Source: Rhodospirillaceae bacterium UBA4468 (GTDB lineage: Bacteria; Pseudomonadota; Alphaproteobacteria; Rhodospirillales; Casp-alpha2). Taken from it: DNA of 64,000 nt. The position numbers and the translations under genes are program-made. The notes under the pieces are model-generated. The model had not been told where the DNA came from, searched no databases, and saw only the letters and a program-made list of their open reading frames with translations. Below, piece by piece: positions 58,803 through 64,000 of the stretch (the stretch's first letter is position 1; each line of letters begins with the position of its first letter). The stretch lies in NCBI GenBank assembly GCA_002389385.1, contig DGOK01000054.1, positions 1,258-65,257 on the forward strand. The letters are read 5' to 3'.

Positions 58803-60010
58803 ATATCAAAGCCAAAGCGTTCGGCAACGGCGAAAATATCTTTATCGCCACGGCCGCACAGGTTCATCACCATCAAATGATCTTTCGGTAGGTCTGGCGC
58901 AATTTTCGCCACGTGCGCTAAAGCATGGCACGGCTCAAGTGCAGGGATAATCCCTTCTTTTGCTGTGCATAATTTAAATGCTTCCAATGCTTCGAGATCC
59001 GTAACTGAAACATATTCAACCCGACCAATATCACGAAGCCAAGAATGCTCGGGCCCGATACCTGGATAATCAAGGCCTGCCGAAATCGAATAGCCATCTT
59101 TAATCTGACCTTCGTCATCTTGTAACAAATAGGTCCGGTTGCCATGCAATACGCCAGGACGTCCACCTTTCAATGACGCACAGTGCTCACCGGTTTCAAT
59201 ACCGTGGCCAGCAGCTTCGACGCCAATAATGCGGACACTATCGTCATCAAGGAAGGGGTGGAACAAACCAATTGCATTGGAGCCACCGCCGATCGATGCG
59301 ACCAACGAGTCGGGTAAACGCCCTTCTTGCTCATACATCTGTTCACGTGTTTCATTGCCGATGATACACTGGAAATCCCGTACCATCATTGGGTACGGAT
59401 GCGGACCCGCAGCGGTTCCGATCAGGTAATACGTGTCTTCGACATTCGCGACCCAATCGCGCAAGGCTTCGTTCATCGCATCTTTGAGCGTGCCCGTGCC
59501 AGCGGTCACCGGAATAATCTCAGCACCCAGTAACTTCATCCGAAAGACGTTTGGCTTTTGGCGCTCGACATCCGTCGCACCCATGTAGACAACGCACGGC
59601 ATGCCATACAATGCACACACGGTTGCCGTCGCAACGCCATGCTGCCCGGCCCCGGTTTCAGCAATGATCCGTTTTTTGCCCATCCGACGCGCCAACAAAA
59701 TTTGACCAATTGTGTTATTGATCTTGTGCGCACCCGTATGATTAAGCTCATCGCGTTTGAAGAAAATCTTCGCGCCGCCAAAATGCTCGGTCATTCTTTG
59801 CGCATAATAAAGCGGCGAAGGGCGCCCAACATAATGCTTCATCAGACGGTCAAACTCTGCCCAGAAACCATCGTCATTACTGGCTTTCTCGTAAGCTTTC
59901 TCAACTTCGAGAATGAGCGGCATCAGCGTTTCCGCGACAAACCGACCCCCATAAATACCAAAGTGGCCATTCTCGTCGACACCATTTCTGAGCGTGTTTA
60001 ATTTGTTCAT
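58799..60010 (-). CDS. trpB: tryptophan synthase beta chain
   Basis: PLP lysine region [17 protein letters not shown], and GGGSNAIG. Confidence 0.97.
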   Translation of the reverse strand: MNKLNTLRNGVDENGHFGIYGGRFVAETLMPLILEVEKAYEKASNDDGFWAEFDRLMKHYVGRPSPLYYAQRMTEHFGGAKIFFKRDELNHTGAHKINNTIGQILLARRMGKKRIIAETGAGQHGVATATVCALYGMPCVVYMGATDVERQKPNVFRMKLLGAEIIPVTAGTGTLKDAMNEALRDWVANVEDTYYLIGTAAGPHPYPMMVRDFQCIIGNETREQMYEQEGRLPDSLVASIGGGSNAIGLFHPFLDDDSVRIIGVEAAGHGIETGEHCASLKGGRPGVLHGNRTYLLQDDEGQIKDGYSISAGLDYPGIGPEHSWLRDIGRVEYVSVTDLEALEAFKLCTAKEGIIPALEPCHALAHVAKIAPDLPKDHLMVMNLCGRGDKDIFAVAERFGFDM

Positions 60011-60089
60011 ATCTCAACCTTTCCTCAAGCGCCGCAATTTAGCCGCTGAGTACCCGGTTTAACAGGGCTTTCTCACTATCGCGGCAGCG

Positions 60090-60731
60090 TTATATTTGTT
60101 TTACGGCAGCGATGAAGTCTTGGATTTTCTGGATGCTTTTCTGGCCTGATGCATCCTCGACACCGCTCGAGACATCCACCATCGGCGCATTTGTCGCCTT
60201 TATTGCTGTGCCGACGTTTTCAGCATCAAGCCCACCCGCCAAAAGCCAAGGCACAGACCAACTTTCATCAGACAAAAGCCCCCAATCGAAGCTTACTGCA
60301 TTGCCACCGGGACGCGTTGCATCTTTTGGTGGTTTTGCATCGAACAGCAACATGTCTGAAACAGTTTCGAATGCATGGGCGGCTTTAACATCGTCGGCTG
60401 AAGCAATCGGCAGCACCTTGATCACACTCAGCCCGTATTTCTGGCGGACTTCACTGACACGCTGGGCTGTCTCATGCCCATGCAACTGTAATGTGTCGAC
60501 ACCGGCACCAGCAACAATCTGATCCAGCAATTCATCGTCAGCATCCACCGTCAGCGCAACCTTGCGAACATTGTCCGGAACACTCGCCGTCAGGCTGGCT
60601 GCGGCTTCAATTGTCACATTTCGCGGCGAGCGCGGAAAGAACACGTAGCCTGTCAGCCCCGCACCAGCTTCGACGGCAGCATCAACGTGCTGAGCCTTGC
60701 TCAAGCCACATATTTTAACGATAGTATTCAT
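60090..60731 (-). CDS. trpF: phosphoribosylanthranilate isomerase
   Basis: VKICGL at the N-terminus, LQLHG, and LAGGL. Sits in the trpFBA cluster. Confidence 0.9.
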   Translation of the reverse strand: MNTIVKICGLSKAQHVDAAVEAGAGLTGYVFFPRSPRNVTIEAAASLTASVPDNVRKVALTVDADDELLDQIVAGAGVDTLQLHGHETAQRVSEVRQKYGLSVIKVLPIASADDVKAAHAFETVSDMLLFDAKPPKDATRPGGNAVSFDWGLLSDESWSVPWLLAGGLDAENVGTAIKATNAPMVDVSSGVEDASGQKSIQKIQDFIAAVKQI

Positions 60732-60754
60732 TGTAGTCTCCAGAGTTTCCTAGA

Positions 60755-61465
60755 TTAAAGGCCTCCAAGCTCGTCAGCAATTCGTTTTGCAGCAGCGACA
60801 GGGTCGTCGGCCCCCGTAATAGGACGGCCAATAACAAGATAATCTGCGCCGTCTCGGATGGCATCAGCGGGGGTCGTGATCCGCTTTTGATCGCCTGTTG
60901 CCGCCCATGTAGGACGAATACCCGGCACCACCAACTTAAAGTCAGGTCCACAAACTGCGCGAATAGGTTTGATTTCGTGCGGACTGCAAACAACACCATC
61001 AAGGCCACATGACTTGGCCAGCGACGCCAAATGTACAACTTGATCTTCAGCCGTCTTGTCGACACCAAGTTCGTGTAAATCGTCATCACCCAGCGACGTG
61101 AGAACAGTGACAGCGATAAGCATTGGCTTTTCGCCAGATACCTCATCAAGTGCTGTACGTGCTTTGCGCATCATTTCTGAACCGCCGCATGCATGTACAT
61201 TCAATATTGATGGCGATAATGGTAACGCTGAGCTTATCGCACCTGCGACTGTATTTGGAATATCGTGGAACTTTAAATCCAGGAAAACGGGCATGCCGAC
61301 TTCGGCTAACGCACGCACCCCTTCAGGGCCATTCGCCACAAAGAATTCTTTGCCAAGCTTCACACCGCCGACGTGCCCTATGAGTTGCTTTGCAAGCTCA
61401 AGGGCCTTCGCCGTATCAGGCGTGTCCAGGGCAACATAAATGCGTTCTGTTGGTGTCAGTGTCAT
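60755..61465 (-). CDS. pyrF: orotidine 5'-phosphate decarboxylase
   Basis: ALD…DLKFHDIPNTV catalytic motif and a C-terminal VIGRPI. Confidence 0.9.
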   Translation of the reverse strand: MTLTPTERIYVALDTPDTAKALELAKQLIGHVGGVKLGKEFFVANGPEGVRALAEVGMPVFLDLKFHDIPNTVAGAISSALPLSPSILNVHACGGSEMMRKARTALDEVSGEKPMLIAVTVLTSLGDDDLHELGVDKTAEDQVVHLASLAKSCGLDGVVCSPHEIKPIRAVCGPDFKLVVPGIRPTWAATGDQKRITTPADAIRDGADYLVIGRPITGADDPVAAAKRIADELGGL

Positions 61466-61477
61466 AATGGCGACGAT

Positions 61478-62419
61478 TTAACCTTCCAGCCGCTTGTAAG
61501 CAAGCATTGCAGCGGCCAAATCTTCAATTGCTGTGCCTGCAGACTTGAACAACGTGATGTCGTCGGGCTTACGATCAACGGTGATTGAGCCCGATGCTAA
61601 ATCGAAGAGATCGCCCAAAACATCGCTATCAGAAATTATACCGCGCGCTAATGGGTCGCACAGATCACCAGCTTCTTTCGTCGTACCAGCACGCGTATCA
61701 CAGTAAATCTTCGATTTTAGTAATACCCCGTCATCGGCTTCGCGCATATCCGGACGGAACGCGCCGACCAAATCAATATGCTGCCCCGACCTCAGCCATT
61801 CACCCATTATCAAAGGTTTTTTAGAAAGTGTGCCTGCGGAAATGATATCCGCCCAATTTGCACTTTCAGCCAAATCATCGGCAACAGAAGCGTTCATTCC
61901 AGCTGCCTTCAATTCATCAACACGTGCCTGTGCATTCTCAGCGTCCCGCCCCCAAACACGTACATCATCAATGGGACGGACAGCTGCATGTGCTTGTGGC
62001 AAGTGTTGCGCGAGCACCCCTGTGCCCACCATCAGCAGCTTGCGCGCATTTTTAGGCGCTAAGTACCGTGCTGCCACAGCTGACGAGGCGGCCGTGCGCC
62101 TTGCCGTTAATTCTGGCCCGTCGAGCAAAGCCAGTGGCTGGCCGGTCTCACGGTTGAATAATTGGTACGTCGCTTGGACTGCAGGCAAAGACTTCAACGC
62201 ATTATCAGGAGCCACAATGACTGTTTTCACCCCTAGAAACCCGTCATCAGACCATGCGGGCATCAAGAGCAACGTCGCGCCCTGCCCGTCGGTCACATCA
62301 ATATTATGATGAGCGCGAACAGGTACCGTGAAGCCGCCCTGGAATGCAGCATCAATGGCATCAACAAGATTTAAATAAGGAAGAGCCTGACGAAGTGCTG
62401 CTGCGTCGAATAATTTCAT
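61478..62419 (-). CDS. ornithine cyclodeaminase / mu-crystallin family protein
   Basis: 313 aa. LLMPAW, TARRTAA and Rossmann MVGTGVLA motifs. Confidence 0.8.
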   Translation of the reverse strand: MKLFDAAALRQALPYLNLVDAIDAAFQGGFTVPVRAHHNIDVTDGQGATLLLMPAWSDDGFLGVKTVIVAPDNALKSLPAVQATYQLFNRETGQPLALLDGPELTARRTAASSAVAARYLAPKNARKLLMVGTGVLAQHLPQAHAAVRPIDDVRVWGRDAENAQARVDELKAAGMNASVADDLAESANWADIISAGTLSKKPLIMGEWLRSGQHIDLVGAFRPDMREADDGVLLKSKIYCDTRAGTTKEAGDLCDPLARGIISDSDVLGDLFDLASGSITVDRKPDDITLFKSAGTAIEDLAAAMLAYKRLEG

Positions 62420-62428
62420 GGGGCGTCT

Positions 62429-62797
62429 TTAACCCTTGGATGGGGCCGTGAGCAAATTCTTATCGTCACTATCTATTGAGTCTTTAACATTCCGGAGTTC
62501 ACGTTCTCGGTCATGCAGCGTATTCTTAATGGAGCGCAATTCCCGTTCAGCTGTTTCTGCACGCCAAAGCGCATTACGAGCCTTCCTGCGCTGGGTTCCT
62601 GCAGATACCCAAGCCACAATGCCGCCAAACAAAAACCCAAAGATGAAGACGGCTAAAACCATCGTAAACACAGGCACCGTAATCTCGTTTGGCAATGGCC
62701 AGAGATCCAATGTGACCAGGTCACGATTAACTGCCGAAAATACAATCACCACGAGGGCGAAAGGAATCATTATGATCCAGGATATAATGCGTTTCAC
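62429..62797 (-). CDS. LapA-like (DUF1049) inner-membrane protein
   Basis: 122 aa. Two N-terminal TM helices, then a charged coiled tail. Position next to ihfB and pyrF is typical of lapA. Confidence 0.6.
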   Translation of the reverse strand: MKRIISWIIMIPFALVVIVFSAVNRDLVTLDLWPLPNEITVPVFTMVLAVFIFGFLFGGIVAWVSAGTQRRKARNALWRAETAERELRSIKNTLHDRERELRNVKDSIDSDDKNLLTAPSKG

Positions 62798-62845
62798 GCT
62801 TTTGCCTCTGCCGCTTGTAACGTTTTAGCGATCAACACCTTAACT

Positions 62846-63130
62846 TTATTGACCGTTATTCAACCGTTCGCGAAGCTGTTTACCTGTTTTAAAGTATGGG
62901 ATGTACTTCTCATCGACACTTACAGTCTCACCTGTCCGTGGATTACGTCCAACCCGTGATGGCCGCGCTTTAACTGAGAACGCGCCAAAACCACGAAGCT
63001 CGACCCGATCACCTCGGGACAATGCGCCAGTGATCTCTTCGAAGATCGTTGAGACAATACGCTCGACTTCACGGTGATAAAGCCGTGGGTTATCCGCAGC
63101 CAACTTCGCAATGAGCTCTGATTTTGTCAT
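62846..63130 (-). CDS. ihfB: integration host factor subunit beta
   Basis: [11 protein letters not shown]…[33 protein letters not shown] lies upstream of the ATG at 63130. Confidence 0.9.
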   Translation of the reverse strand: MTKSELIAKLAADNPRLYHREVERIVSTIFEEITGALSRGDRVELRGFGAFSVKARPSRVGRNPRTGETVSVDEKYIPYFKTGKQLRERLNNGQ

Positions 63131-63167
63131 CTGTAACAATCCTCCAAAGATATACGACGGACCACCC

Positions 63168-64000
63168 CTATTGCCCTTCGCTCATAGAAGGGTGCCAAAG
63201 GGCTTGTATGCCGTCAAGTCCAAGTCTTTCAGACCAAAGCGATTTTCCAAAAATAGATGAGGCCATTGAAGACGCGCCATCACGCCACCATGCCATTGGA
63301 TCTTCGGGTTCCCATTCAATCAACGGCAAATCAACCGACACATCATGCGTTACCTGCAACCAAGCACGTGCTGTATTAATGTCACCAATAGCATCAACCA
63401 ACCCCGCATCAAGTGCAGCGCCGCCGATCATAATTCTGCCATCACCCGTACGTTCGCGCACCTGAGCAACGCTCAAGCCTCGACGTTCGGCAACCATCTC
63501 CATAAATCTTAAATGCAGGGCATCAATAATGCTTTGCAGTTGCCCGCGCGCTGGCACCGTGAGTTCTTCCATTGGATTCGGCGTCGCCTTCAAGGCACCG
63601 CTTTTCAAAATCTCTGGCTTTACGCCGATCTTATCCATCAAGCCTGTCACGTCAGCAGACTGCATAATCACACCAACAGACCCCGTGATTGTGCCATGGC
63701 CCGCATATATTCGATCTGTCGCAATTGCCGCCATATAGGCACCACTGGTCGCAATACCACCCATGACCCCAACGATGGGCTTATTCGCACTGATACGACG
63801 AAGCGCGTTATAAACAGCTTCACCGCCAGTGAACGTGCCACCTGGGCTGGAAATTTCAACGATGACGGCCTTTGCCGTCGCATCGTCATTTATGGCATCC
63901 AGCATGTCCAGAAACGCACGGTCTTCAACGATAACCCCTTCGAGGGCAATGCGCGCCACATGGTCTTCCTGACTTAAGACACCGATATCTTTAACTGAAA
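63168..64000 (-). CDS. sppA: signal peptide peptidase SppA (36K type), 5' end outside the window
   Basis: [10 protein letters not shown], catalytic Ser region ATSGAYMAA and later Lys region. The reading frame stays open to position 64000, so the GTG at 63959 is probably internal. Confidence 0.85.
   Translation of the reverse strand, partial: SVKDIGVLSQEDHVARIALEGVIVEDRAFLDMLDAINDDATAKAVIVEISSPGGTFTGGEAVYNALRRISANKPIVGVMGGIATSGAYMAAIATDRIYAGHGTITGSVGVIMQSADVTGLMDKIGVKPEILKSGALKATPNPMEELTVPARGQLQSIIDALHLRFMEMVAERRGLSVAQVRERTGDGRIMIGGAALDAGLVDAIGDINTARAWLQVTHDVSVDLPLIEWEPEDPMAWWRDGASSMASSIFGKSLWSERLGLDGIQALWHPSMSEGQ

Noticed and set aside
1-64000. Mobile elements, prophage, CRISPR arrays or known defence-system genes.
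   Set aside because: The ORF translations show no transposase, integrase, reverse transcriptase, Cas, restriction-modification or toxin-antitoxin signatures. I saw no regularly spaced repeats or terminal inverted repeats. The gene content is core metabolism and information processing.

Overview
This 64-kb window looks like a tightly packed alphaproteobacterial chromosome segment. The call rests on synteny blocks: rpmH-rnpA-yidD-yidC-engB-argB, dapD-dapE, truA / fmt-def, SRP RNA-dnaX-ybaB-recR, yejABEF, gltD-gltB, and sppA-ihfB-lapA ... pyrF-trpF-trpB-trpA-accD-folC. I call about 65 protein genes, most of them housekeeping, plus one ncRNA (small SRP RNA upstream of dnaX). I saw no rRNA, tRNA, CRISPR array, transposase, integrase or phage genes, and I cannot support any multi-gene defence island or other novel system. 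The most unusual signal is a set of interrupted genes. Five sensory or signalling genes are broken by in-frame stop codons (TAA twice, TGA, TAG) or by paired frameshifts: a histidine kinase, a PAS-GGDEF cyclase, a pentapeptide-repeat protein, a PAS_5-like protein and a DUF2336-like paralog. In each, family-typical coding sequence continues past the lesion. Two further candidates are weaker (the K+ channel N-terminus and an orphan ORF). Every housekeeping gene is intact, including the 4.6-kb gltB. Secondary observations: a near-consensus Fur box in front of an unknown 164-aa gene, an orphan 319-aa ORF between truA and fmt, a GFA-family gene between gltD and gltB, and a few short repeats in regulatory regions. 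All family assignments come from motifs read by eye in the supplied translations; no database search was run.
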